Source of the DNA: Candidatus Multivorans sp.
GTDB lineage: Bacteria > Acidobacteriota > Thermoanaerobaculia > Multivoradales > Multivoraceae
Direction: 5' to 3'
DNA: 64,000 bases
Assembly: GCA_965247095.1 (NCBI GenBank)
Contig: OZ251997.1
Location: forward strand, 1,056,001-1,120,000
Position numbers and translations under genes: made by a program. Under the pieces are notes generated by a model. It was not told the origin of the DNA and did not search any database. It worked only from the letters and a program-made list of their open reading frames with translations. The first letter of the stretch is position 1; the number at the start of each line of letters is the position of its first letter. Below, piece after piece: positions 1 to 9,275 of this stretch.

Positions 1-2
1 CG

Positions 3-1241
3 GGGTTCACTCTGTGGCTGCGGCGGCGCCCGGCAGCGCCGCTCGAGAGCTGGTCGCTGCGCGCCGGTTCGCGGATGGCGGCGGCGAACGCTTCTCTCAA
101 CCCGGGCCGGAGCCTGCTCTGCGCGGCGCTGGTGGCCAGCGCGTCGTTCGTGATCGTGGCGGTGGGCGCCTACGGCCTGCGCTTCGGCGAGGAAACGCGG
201 GACCTGGACTCGGGGGCCGGCGGCTTCGACCTGGTCGCGGAGGCGGATGTCTCGATTCTCGCCGACCTGAGCAGCGTGGACGGTCGTTTCGATTTGGGTT
301 TCGGGGAAGAGGCCTCCGAGCTCATCGGACAAAGCCAGATCGTCGCCTTCCGCACCGTGCCCGGGGACGACATCAGTTGCCTGAACCTGTTCCAGCCGGA
401 GCGTCCACGGCTGCTCGGAGCGCCGCCGGAACTGATCGAGCGCGGCGGCTTCCGCTTCCAGTCGCTCGTAGATGAGGCCGGGGAGGATCCCTGGAGGCTG
501 CTGGAGCAGGATCTCGGTCCGGGAGTCATCCCCGCGATCGGCGACTTCAACTCGGTCATGTGGATTCTGCACTCGGGCCTGGGCCAGGGGATCGAAATCG
601 AGACGGAGCGCGGCGAGACGGTCGAACTGCGGCTGGTCGGGCTCCTGCGAAAGAGCGTGTTCCAGAGCGAACTCGTGATCTCGGGAGCGAACCTAGCGAA
701 GCACTTCCCGAGCCGGACCGGCGCCTCCTACTTCCTGTTGCGGACACCGCCCGGCGAGCAGGACCGCACGATGCAGGAGCTCGAGCGAACGCTGGGCGGC
801 TTCGGCTTCGATGCGGTCCCCACGGCCCAACGGTTGCAGGCCTTCCAGGCGGTGGAGAACACCTATCTCGGCACGTTCCAGACCCTGGGCGGACTCGGCC
901 TCCTGCTCGGCACGCTGGGACTGGCGGTCGTCCTGCTCCGGAACCTGCTGGAGCGCCGGGGAGAACTTGCCACCCTGCAGGCGATCGGCTTCTGGCGGCG
1001 GGCCCTCGCCTGGCTCGTTGTGGCCGAGAACGGGCTCGTCCTGACCGCGGGCGTAGCCGTCGGCGCCGCGTCGGCGCTGGTCGCGGTGAGCCCGCACCTG
1101 CTCGGCGGACACGCACTCGTGCCGTGGCTCTCCCTCGGCCTGACTCTGGTTCTGGTGATGGCCGCTGGAACCCTGGCCAGCCTGGCCGCGGTTCGTCGGG
1201 TGACGCGGGAGGAGCTGTTGCCTGCGCTCCGGGGGAGCTAG
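3..1241 (+). CDS. ABC transporter permease, FtsX/MacB-like (5'-truncated by window edge)
   Basis: Frame open from position 3; C-terminal FtsX-type TM block LGGLGLLLGTLGLAVVLLRNLLERRGELATLQAIGF. Confidence 0.85.
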   Translation, partial: GFTLWLRRRPAAPLESWSLRAGSRMAAANASLNPGRSLLCAALVASASFVIVAVGAYGLRFGEETRDLDSGAGGFDLVAEADVSILADLSSVDGRFDLGFGEEASELIGQSQIVAFRTVPGDDISCLNLFQPERPRLLGAPPELIERGGFRFQSLVDEAGEDPWRLLEQDLGPGVIPAIGDFNSVMWILHSGLGQGIEIETERGETVELRLVGLLRKSVFQSELVISGANLAKHFPSRTGASYFLLRTPPGEQDRTMQELERTLGGFGFDAVPTAQRLQAFQAVENTYLGTFQTLGGLGLLLGTLGLAVVLLRNLLERRGELATLQAIGFWRRALAWLVVAENGLVLTAGVAVGAASALVAVSPHLLGGHALVPWLSLGLTLVLVMAAGTLASLAAVRRVTREELLPALRGS

Positions 1242-1284
1242 CGCGGCAGTATCGTCGCCGCTTCGCGGCGCGTTTCTTCTCGGA

Positions 1285-1311
1285 AGCCGGCGGGGACGCC
1301 GGCGCACCCAG
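1285..1311 (-). repeat. REP-like hairpin (CTGGGTGCGCCGGCGTCCCCGCCGGCT on - strand)
   Basis: GCCGGCG-GGGA-CGCCGGC stem with CTGGG foot; inverted relative to the similar REP at 2988-3013. Confidence 0.6.
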
Positions 1312-1380
1312 TTTCTGCCGCGCAGGCTTGCATGGAACAAAGTAGCGAAACGGCGGTGGTTCAAGAGGATGCGGGGGTTT

Positions 1381-2700
1381 TCATGCGGCTTGTTCAACGG
1401 CCACGAGCTTCAGGTTGAGGCGTCTGGCCTGTCGCTGGAGGTTCTTGAGTTGGCGTTCGCGCCGGACGGCCTCCATTTCGGCGAGGTCGCGTTCGACGTA
1501 CTCTTCGCCGTGAGTGAGCATGGCGAAGATCGTGCGGCCGAGCTGGTGGGCGGTTGCCTTGACCGCCCTCGCGGTGTCCATGCGGTGCATTCGGCGTCGG
1601 TGGGATGCGCCGATGGCGGTCTTGCTGTTGCGGGCGGTGGTTGCGGCCATTCGCAGCGCCTGGCCGACCCGGTTGGTGTGTTGTCTGGGCTTGCCTTTGA
1701 GGCGTTTGTCGCCGCTGATGTTGGTCGGCGGAGCCAGACACAGCCACGAGCAGAAGTTGCCCTGCGAGGGAAACCGGGACAGGTCCGGGCCGATCTCAGC
1801 GGCAAACGTCAGCGCCGTTTCGACGCCAATGGTCGGGATGGCGACCAGGTCCACTCCGAGCATGCGGTGCAGCCGCTGGCGCAGGGCGTGCTCGCGGACC
1901 TTCGAGTCCGGCGGCGAAGCCTCCCCTGCGCCGTCCTCAGCCAGCTTGTCGAGTTCGGCGTCGATGCGCTCCTCGCACATCTCGATCTGGCCCTGCAGCA
2001 TGTCGTGGCGCGCCAGCGCCTGCCTGAGGGCGAACAGATGCTCGTCGCGCCAATTGCCCTCGAGACTCGCTGCGATCGTCGCCGCGCTCGCCTTGCACCG
2101 GCCGTCACGGTGGCGGGCCAGCACCTCGCCGTCCCGCTCGCCGGCGACGATCGCGCGCACGATGAGCTGGCCGGTCTTGCCCATGATGTCGCTGAGCACG
2201 TTGTCCAACTGCACGTTCATCTGCAGGAGCGCCTTCTGAACGTGCTGCACCGAACGGCTGCGGTCGCGGATCAACTGCCCGCGCTGACGCGTATAGGAAC
2301 GCAGCGGGCACAGCGCGTCCGGCGCACGAAACGCGCTCCGCAGCAACCCGTAGCTCATCAACTGCCGGATCCACTGACAGTCCAACACGTCGCTCTTGCG
2401 ACCGCTCACCTGCTTCGTCGCCTTCGGATTCACCAGGTAGACCTCGAAACCCGCTCGGTCGAGCACCTCGAACACCGGGATCCAGTACACGCCCGTGGAC
2501 TCCAACGCCACCTGCCGCACGCCGTGCGCCTCAAGCCACGACGCCATCGCCTCAAGATCGCATGTGAACGACCCGAAGCTGCACACCGGGCGCTCGAAAC
2601 GCGACGGGGCCACCGCCACGTAGTGCTTGCGCTTGCCCACGTCGATCCCCGCACAATCCGGGTGAACGACCTCCAGACTCTCCGCCTTCCTGCTCGCCAT
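1381..2700 (-). CDS. IS110-family transposase/recombinase (DEDD RuvC-like + Tnp20 domain)
   Basis: GIDVGK, ALESTGVYW, KSDVLDC (D-E-D-D), IPTIG, SWLCLAP-x-N-I-SG serine motif; AGGAGG RBS before ATG 2700. Confidence 0.95.
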   Translation of the reverse strand: MASRKAESLEVVHPDCAGIDVGKRKHYVAVAPSRFERPVCSFGSFTCDLEAMASWLEAHGVRQVALESTGVYWIPVFEVLDRAGFEVYLVNPKATKQVSGRKSDVLDCQWIRQLMSYGLLRSAFRAPDALCPLRSYTRQRGQLIRDRSRSVQHVQKALLQMNVQLDNVLSDIMGKTGQLIVRAIVAGERDGEVLARHRDGRCKASAATIAASLEGNWRDEHLFALRQALARHDMLQGQIEMCEERIDAELDKLAEDGAGEASPPDSKVREHALRQRLHRMLGVDLVAIPTIGVETALTFAAEIGPDLSRFPSQGNFCSWLCLAPPTNISGDKRLKGKPRQHTNRVGQALRMAATTARNSKTAIGASHRRRMHRMDTARAVKATAHQLGRTIFAMLTHGEEYVERDLAEMEAVRRERQLKNLQRQARRLNLKLVAVEQAA

Positions 2701-2727
2701 CTCCAGCACCTCCTGTACCATTCAAAT

Positions 2728-2890
2728 GGTCGCGCTGGACAGAGACCGCGGCGGAAACGTCACTCTTGCATACGGGGTCGCGGCAAAAGCCGCGCCGCCA
2801 GCGTCAGAACGCCGATCACGGTCCGGGCCAAACTTGCATTGCGGGTGCGAACACACCAGTGCTTCGACGGCCTCGCTGCCCAGCGCGACC
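2728..2890 (-). ncRNA. Putative IS110 bridge RNA
   Basis: ~21-bp closing stem (2728-2748 with 2868-2890), two internal hairpins (2779-2794, 2844-2857), each beside a CTTGCAT copy (2765-2771, 2833-2839); A.C mismatches on + become G.U on -; TAGAGT -10-like box at 2893-2898 (-). Confidence 0.7.
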
Positions 2891-2930
2891 CAACTCTACG
2901 CCTCCTGCAACGACCGCAGAATCCACCACC

Positions 2931-3126
2931 CGTTCCCTGCGCGACAGCGCAGCGATACCGCTGTGGGTACTTGCATGGAACAAGCCCCTGGGAACGCGGG
3001 CATCCTGCCCGCATCCGGACGCCGCGTCGTTCCCTGCGCGCCAGCGCAGCGACCTCGCTGTCCCTACTTGCATGGAACAAGCCCTGGTCCCTGTGCGTCA
3101 GCGCGGCACGGACGCCGCGACTCGAC
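2931..3126. repeat. Two tandem ~97-bp imperfect units, each containing CTTGCATGGAACAAG and a REP-like hairpin
   Basis: CGTTCCCTGCGCG(A/C)CAGCGCAGCGA...CGCTGT...TACTTGCATGGAACAAGCCC at 2931 and 3028; both units end in CGGACGCCGCG. Confidence 0.85.
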
Positions 3127-3172
3127 ACCTAGCCCGCATATTTTCCGGACGGTCTGGTCGGGGTCGGCCTGA

Positions 3173-3197
3173 GGGGTGAAGCGCAGCGCTTCACTCC
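3173..3197. terminator. Strong hairpin overlapping the stop of the metallopeptidase gene
   Basis: GTGAAGCGC-A-GCGCTTCAC inverted repeat; no clear U-tract. Confidence 0.4.
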
Positions 3198-6100
3198 ACG
3201 TCGAAGTGGATCACTTCGGTGAAGTCGTGCTGCACGAAGTTGTGGGCCCGGTCGTAGAGCGTCATGTCCGAAACACCCCAGATCCCCGGCGGCGAGCCCG
3301 GCGGCAGGACATGCACCACCAAGTGCTCCTTCCACTCGTCGGGATCATCCTGTGGAAAAACTGAACCTCCCTCGTCATCAGAGGTGTAGACGAGGTGGGT
3401 GATGCCCTGTGGATCGAGAAACTTGATTGCTCCGAAGGTGTAGCCCGAGATGTTGTCGCGGATGCGAAGGCTCAACCTGACGATCGTCTCACCATACGGT
3501 TTATCGATGTTCGTGGGCTCCGCGTCGACCCTTAGCCTGTTCAAGTCGAGCTCAGGCGCCTCGGTGTCCGGGTTGGCAGTGTCGAGTCGGATGCGTTGAG
3601 GCGCTTCGTCCCGTGCCTCCTCGGTGAACCTGGCGGGAGTCCAATTGCCGGCCCGATCACTCATATGAATGAAGTTCAGGGAGTAGGTCGAAGACGGCAT
3701 GTAGTCCGGCATGATAAAGACCACTTCGCACAGCTTCTCGGCAGGTCGAAAGTCACCGTACGCATTCAGCCGATACGTGGTGGCAATCTCGTCGTTGATG
3801 GCGGCCCAGCATGCGTTGTTCTCCAGCATCGCGTTGCTTTCGTCCACCTGCCAACGCGCCTCGATCGACTGAACAACCCGGCCCTCTCGCACCTCCTGGC
3901 CCTTGCTCAACTGCGCCGATCCGGGAACATACTCAGGAGCCGTCCAGTCCTCGAGGGGGTTTTCCAAATACAGTTTCCAGCCGAAATCGTCACCCCTCTC
4001 GAATCGCTCATTGCCGACCCGGTCGGCAATGACGAGCTGCGTTGGAAGCCAGTATCCCGCCTTGCTGTACTTGCTCAGCGTCTCCGTGCCTACAAGGATG
4101 GTGCTCGCTTCGACCGGGTTGCCGTTCTCGTCTACAGAACCGAGATCCAGGTCAAAATACCTACCGATACTGCTGTTCACCCGCGTGCTTGCAGAGGCGG
4201 CGCCCTCGAGAACCCGGTCGAGGGCATGCAACTCGATTACAATGCGGAATTCCTTGTCCTCCTGAGGTCCGCCCGTCACGGTGATGTCCACCCGACGAAC
4301 CTTGCCGGGAAACACGTAGTCCGGAAACAAGTTATAGACCGGAAACGTCAAGTCCTCCCGGATCTGCGTGAGGTACAGATTCCCCTGCATGATCCGGTCC
4401 CGCACGAACTCGTACTTGGCAACGGATCGGGACCTCAGCTTGTCCGGCTCGATGATGAAGTACGAGATGGTCTCGGCCATGTCCTCGTTGGGGTTTTTCT
4501 GGTGCCCGTAGGCCGAAACGAACTCCGTCTGCTTGGTAGTGGACCAGCCCGAGGGGCTCTCCGGATCCTGATACCAGCCGCCAAGTTCTATCCAGTCGTC
4601 CAAGGTCGGTTGGTCGAAAACATGAGCCCAGAGGAAGTGCGCTTTCTCGTGGATCACCAGGCGTTGGACGTGGTCGACGTCACGCGAAAGGAAGGCTCTG
4701 TCCATGAACTCGATGTAGCCCGCGTCCGGCCAGGCGACGGCTGGGGCCGCCGGGTACAGGGGATGAGGCGTGCCGTCGAGGCGCGCCGGATGACGTGCCT
4801 GAGGCCCTGCGTCTTGTGCATGCCGCTTGGAAACTCCTCAAGCATGTTGAGCAAGGTGATGATCTCCTCGGCGTGGAAGCGCTGGAAACGGCCCGCACCT
4901 TCGTTGCCGGTCGGCCACGTCAGGCCTGCGTAGTCGGTTACCTCCGTCGTGACGCCGTACCGTTCCCGGAAGATCCTCTCGTAGGCGACTCGGTCACGGC
5001 CGTTGTCCGTCAAGTAGCGCACGACAGCGTGGTGCAGTCGTTGCGAGAACCAGGTTCCCCGCTTGCCGTCCACGGTCACCACGCGTGGATTGGCATTGAC
5101 GAAGGCGGCTTCGGAGATGAAGACGGTGGGGGAACCCCGGTGCGTCCCGATCTGGATGTCGCCGTGAATGAAGCTGGGCGTCAGAAGCCACTGAGAAGGG
5201 ACCAGAGACTGTTTGCCGTATGGGTTCCTTAGGTCCTGCGGGATGGAACGCATGGTCGTCAGCAGCCGCCAAGCGTGTTCCTGCGACCAGGAAGCGTCGT
5301 CGGAATCCACAAGCAGGAGGTTGTAGTCATACGCCAGGATGTTCGCGGACGAGTTGTCGGCCACCCGGACCGTCTCACCCTCGAACTCGACCTCGAGCGG
5401 TCTGTTCACGGCCGCCGAGTACTCGGTGCCGGCGGTGCTCTGATCCTCTTCCCAGTGGAAGACGAACGGGTCCGAAGGAATCGGCGTCAGGTCGAACGGT
5501 TCGACGAGGCCCGTATGCGGAAGCTCGATCAGCCGTGCGGGCGTGGCGCGATAGCCCTCGGCGCGCGCTTTGACGGCGTACTTGCCGGCGGCGAGGTCGT
5601 GGAATCCGAACCAGCCGGAGGCGTTCGGGTTCGTGACCTGGAGAACGCCCTTGGCGGTAAGCAGTACTTCGACATCCTCGTAGGCGCCGAGATAGCCGAT
5701 GACCTGGCCCTCGAACGAGTGTTCTCCTTTGACAGGGTCATCGTCGGCACAAGCGAACGCCTCGAGGTCGCTCGTCGCCGCGGCGGTCTGGTTGAAGCGG
5801 TTCGTGTGCGTCCAGGGGACGTCGCCGCCGGGGGACTCGATCGAGAGGTTGAACGCGAGGGTCGTCACCGGCCCGACGAACACCCAACGGTGGCCGTTCA
5901 CGGCACACCCGTCGAGCACCTTGATCAGCACCTCCGCATTGTCGCGATGGAAGAAGTACAGGATGGCGGATTGCTCGGAGTTCAGACCGTAGTCCCGCAC
6001 CTCCTCAAGCACCGATTCGCCCTCTCTGACGTGTTCGACCCACATGTTGACCGTGAAGCCCGGTCGCCGTATCGTCGACGCGCAAGTTAAACGCCAGCGT

Positions 6101-6499
6101 CGTCACCGGCGCCACGAACACCCACCGGTGGTTGTTTACCGCACAGGCGTCGAGCACCTTGATCAGCACCTCGGCGTTGTCGGCATCAAAGAAGTAGAGA
6201 AGGCCCGACTCCCGCGACCCGAGCCCGAAATCGAACGCGTCCGCCTGCACCAACTCGCCGTCTCTTTCGTACTCGATGCACATGCTCACCGTGTACCCGT
6301 GTTCAAACGTGATCTGCGGCGCCGACGGCCTGCAGTCGGTGTACTCCCCTCCGGTCGCATCCGTCGAGGTGGCGTACGTCGTTGGTTTCGCGGCCGACAG
6401 CAACGTGCCGCCGGTCTCATTGCCCAAGGTCAGACCCTGAACGGCGCCTGCGCCCGTCAACGCCAGCACCCACACCGCGACAAGCTTCGTCTTCCGCAT
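3191..6499 (-). pseudogene. Large secreted Zn-metallopeptidase-like protein broken into three ORFs (6005-6499, 4654-6045, 3191-4705)
   Basis: Signal peptide MRKTKLVAVWVLAL with GGAGGAG RBS; two LIKVLD(A/G)CAVN modules; Ig/carboxypeptidase-regulatory-like domain; HEKAH...NPNEDMAE zinc motif; frameshifts near 6060 and 4783. Confidence 0.75.
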
Positions 6500-6791
6500 A
6501 GTGCAGCTCCTCCCTACTTTGAACCCTAGGCCAAGCAATGCCAACGGCTCTACCGGGCACCCTACCGGCACGACCCACCGAGCAACCAGCTAAGTTGCGT
6601 TGGACACAGAGCGGTACGCCCTTCTCCTTCCGGGCGCCCTCAACTCAAGGGGGATGATGACAAACAAACTATACGCAGAGCGGCACGCGCGTCACCTACA
6701 AAACTGAGGGGTTCTGACGACAGGACGGTGCCCTGCCGGGCTCTTCGGAAAGAGGGGCGCGTTGTACCCGCCTTCTACCGGAACGCGAGGC

Positions 6792-9272
6792 TCAGCGCCG
6801 CAGGTGCCTTTCGAACAGCTTGAGGACGCGGCGATACTCGTCGAGCCAGCTCGCCGGTTCGACGAAGCCGTGGGCCTCTGCCGGGTAGACGGCGAGTTCC
6901 CAGTCTTCCTTGCCGAGCTCGATGAGGCGCTGGACCAGACGGACGGAGTCCTGGAAGAGGACGTTGTCGTCGAGCATGCCGGTGCAGATCAGGAGCGGCT
7001 TCCGGAGGCCCTCGGCGAACTCGATCGGCGAGCTGCGCTCGTAGGCCTCCGGGTCGAGTTCCGGCGTGTTCAGGATGTTCGACGTGTAGCCGTGGTTGTA
7101 GTGGGCCCAGTCGGTGACCGGACGCAGCGCGGCGCCGGCGGCGAACAGTTCGGGGCGGCGGAACATGGCCATGAAGGTCACGAAGCCGCCGTAGGAGCCG
7201 CCGTAGACGCCGATCCGCTGCCGGTCGACACCGTGCTCGGCGACCAGGTAGTCGATGCCGTCGGCCAGGTCCTTGAGTTCCGGCGTACCCATCTGGCGAT
7301 AGATCGCGGTGCGCCAGTCGCGCCCGTAGCCGGCGGAGGCGCGGTAGTCCATGTCCAGGACCACGTAGCCGCGGCGGGTGAGCAGGGTGTGGAACATGAA
7401 CTCGCGGAAGTACGAGGACCAGCCCTGGTGGGCGTTCTGCAGGTAGCCCGCGCCGTGCACGAAAACGACGGCGGGCCGGACGCCGGGCGCGGGTTCGGAT
7501 GGCTCGTAGAGCCGGGCGTGAATCGGGCGATCCACGTGAGTTGACGGAACTTCGACGAACCGCGGCGCCTCCCAGTCGATGCCCAGGAACTCCGGCGACA
7601 CGGTGTCGGTCAGGCGGACCGGGTCGCTGCCTGGAGCGGCGTCCTGGCGCCACAGTTCCGGCGGCCGGGTGGCGGTCGAATGGACGATCAGGAGCTGGTT
7701 GTCGTCGGGCGAGAGCCGGAAGGAGTTCAGGCCGCCGAGGTTCGTGATCTGCTCGATCTCGCCGACGCCGGGCCTGGACGTGTCCGTGCGGTAGACCTCG
7801 AAGACGCCGGGGTGGCCGCGGTTCGCCTCGAAGTAGAGAAACTCTCCATCCGCGGACACCTGGGGCGAGCGGACGACGAACGGACCCCCGGTCACCTGCT
7901 CGCGCTCGCCCGTCGCGCTGTTCATGAGGGTCAGGTGGGAGTAGCCGGTCTCCTCCGACAGGAAGAAGACCGTCCGATCGTCCGGCATCCAGCCGAGGTC
8001 GCGGAAGGCGTAGTTGATCCAGGCCGGATCGGAGATCCGGTGCAGCGGGCGGAGTGCGCCCTGCTCCAGGTCGATCGCCGCGATCCAGCGATCCTTGTTG
8101 TCGGTGGAGTAGATCTGGGCGACGGCCCGGCTGCCGTCGCGGTTGAACGACACGGGTCCGAAGCGGACCGTGCGCGGTTTCGGCTCGGCCTCGTCTCCGC
8201 TTTCGCCCTTGTCGTCGCTTTCAGCGTCGCTCGCTGGGTCGCCGGCCTCGTCCTGCTTTGCCGGGGCCTCGCGCTGGCGCTTCCGCTCCTGAGCCGCCTC
8301 GCGCAGCGCCGCCAGCGGATCGTCCGCGATGCCCGGGAGGACCGAGACGTCCAGAGTGATCGGCTCGGGGTCGCCCCGACGAAGCAGCACCAGGAATTCA
8401 GCGGTCGGCTCGGCGGCGCCGACCTTCATGCGGACCTCTTCGAGCTCGACCAGACCGCTGCGGGTCACGTAGTTCGGCATCTTGTCCTTGAGCCCCTCGT
8501 CCCGCTCGCTGGGTCGCTGCCGCAGGACCAAGTGGTCCAGCGCCGGGGAGAGGTAACTGCCCGCGGCCTCGACGTCCTTGCCGAGATAGTGAGGCAGGGC
8601 CGTGCGGCTGGAGTCGGCGGCCTGGCGTTCCCTGGACACTTCGGTTCGCCGTTCGCCGCGCTCGCGCCGCAGCCGGACGATATCGAGCAGGCGCGGCTGC
8701 TGGCGCTCCAGATAGCCGGCCTCCAGGTCCTTCTTCGCGCGGGCGGCTTCGGGATCCTCTTCCGCGCGAACGTCGAACGGCTGCCACACCAGGCCCGTGT
8801 CCCGATCGCGCACGAGCCAGGCGCCGCCACGACGAAACGCAACATCTCCGGTGACGGTGAAGAAGGGGGCGCTCTCGTTCGCTGCCGTACGGGTGAGCTG
8901 GGTCAGGCCGCCGTCCGCGCCGAGATCGCGCACGAAGATGTCGCCCGCCTTGGCGAAGGCGCGGCGCCGTCTCGCGCGGTCCCAGTTGCCGCCGGGAGCC
9001 TCCGCAGCGCCACGGTCGCCGTCGGCGACGAGGCTCGTCTGCCGGTTCTCGAGATCGACCCGGTAGAGATCGCGGGCCTCTTCACCCTCCCGCTTGCGCA
9101 GGAAGTACGCGCTGCCGCTGTCAGTGCTCCAGTACGGACCCTCCGGCTGGCGTCCGAGCCAGTCCGGATGGGCCATGATCCGCGTAAGATCGAGATCGTC
9201 CTGGGCCCCGGCGGGAAGGACGGGTAGCAGCAGGCCCGCGGACAGGACAGCCGCAAGCGGCCGAATGCACAA
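6792..9272 (-). CDS. S9 family (prolyl oligopeptidase / DPP-IV-like) secreted peptidase
   Basis: Signal peptide, beta-propeller, triad GGSYGG / GMLDDNV / EAHGF. Confidence 0.93.
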   Translation of the reverse strand: MCIRPLAAVLSAGLLLPVLPAGAQDDLDLTRIMAHPDWLGRQPEGPYWSTDSGSAYFLRKREGEEARDLYRVDLENRQTSLVADGDRGAAEAPGGNWDRARRRRAFAKAGDIFVRDLGADGGLTQLTRTAANESAPFFTVTGDVAFRRGGAWLVRDRDTGLVWQPFDVRAEEDPEAARAKKDLEAGYLERQQPRLLDIVRLRRERGERRTEVSRERQAADSSRTALPHYLGKDVEAAGSYLSPALDHLVLRQRPSERDEGLKDKMPNYVTRSGLVELEEVRMKVGAAEPTAEFLVLLRRGDPEPITLDVSVLPGIADDPLAALREAAQERKRQREAPAKQDEAGDPASDAESDDKGESGDEAEPKPRTVRFGPVSFNRDGSRAVAQIYSTDNKDRWIAAIDLEQGALRPLHRISDPAWINYAFRDLGWMPDDRTVFFLSEETGYSHLTLMNSATGEREQVTGGPFVVRSPQVSADGEFLYFEANRGHPGVFEVYRTDTSRPGVGEIEQITNLGGLNSFRLSPDDNQLLIVHSTATRPPELWRQDAAPGSDPVRLTDTVSPEFLGIDWEAPRFVEVPSTHVDRPIHARLYEPSEPAPGVRPAVVFVHGAGYLQNAHQGWSSYFREFMFHTLLTRRGYVVLDMDYRASAGYGRDWRTAIYRQMGTPELKDLADGIDYLVAEHGVDRQRIGVYGGSYGGFVTFMAMFRRPELFAAGAALRPVTDWAHYNHGYTSNILNTPELDPEAYERSSPIEFAEGLRKPLLICTGMLDDNVLFQDSVRLVQRLIELGKEDWELAVYPAEAHGFVEPASWLDEYRRVLKLFERHLRR

Positions 9273-9275
9273 CGG

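Larger units (their letters stand above)
1327..2984 (-). mobile_element. IS110-family insertion sequence (boundaries lie within the flanking CTTGCATGGAACAA motifs)
   Basis: IS110 recombinase plus ~270 bp structured upstream non-coding end; identical 14-mer at 1327-1340 and 2970-2983; no terminal inverted repeats seen. Confidence 0.85.

Noticed and set aside
2931-3126. Mini-CRISPR reading of the motif-spacer-motif pattern
   Set aside because: The conserved part matches IS ends, the spacers are related GC hairpins, and no cas genes are present
6500-6791. Possible structured RNA in the long intergenic region
   Set aside because: Only short scattered hairpins and a TATAGT box; no family recognisable by eye
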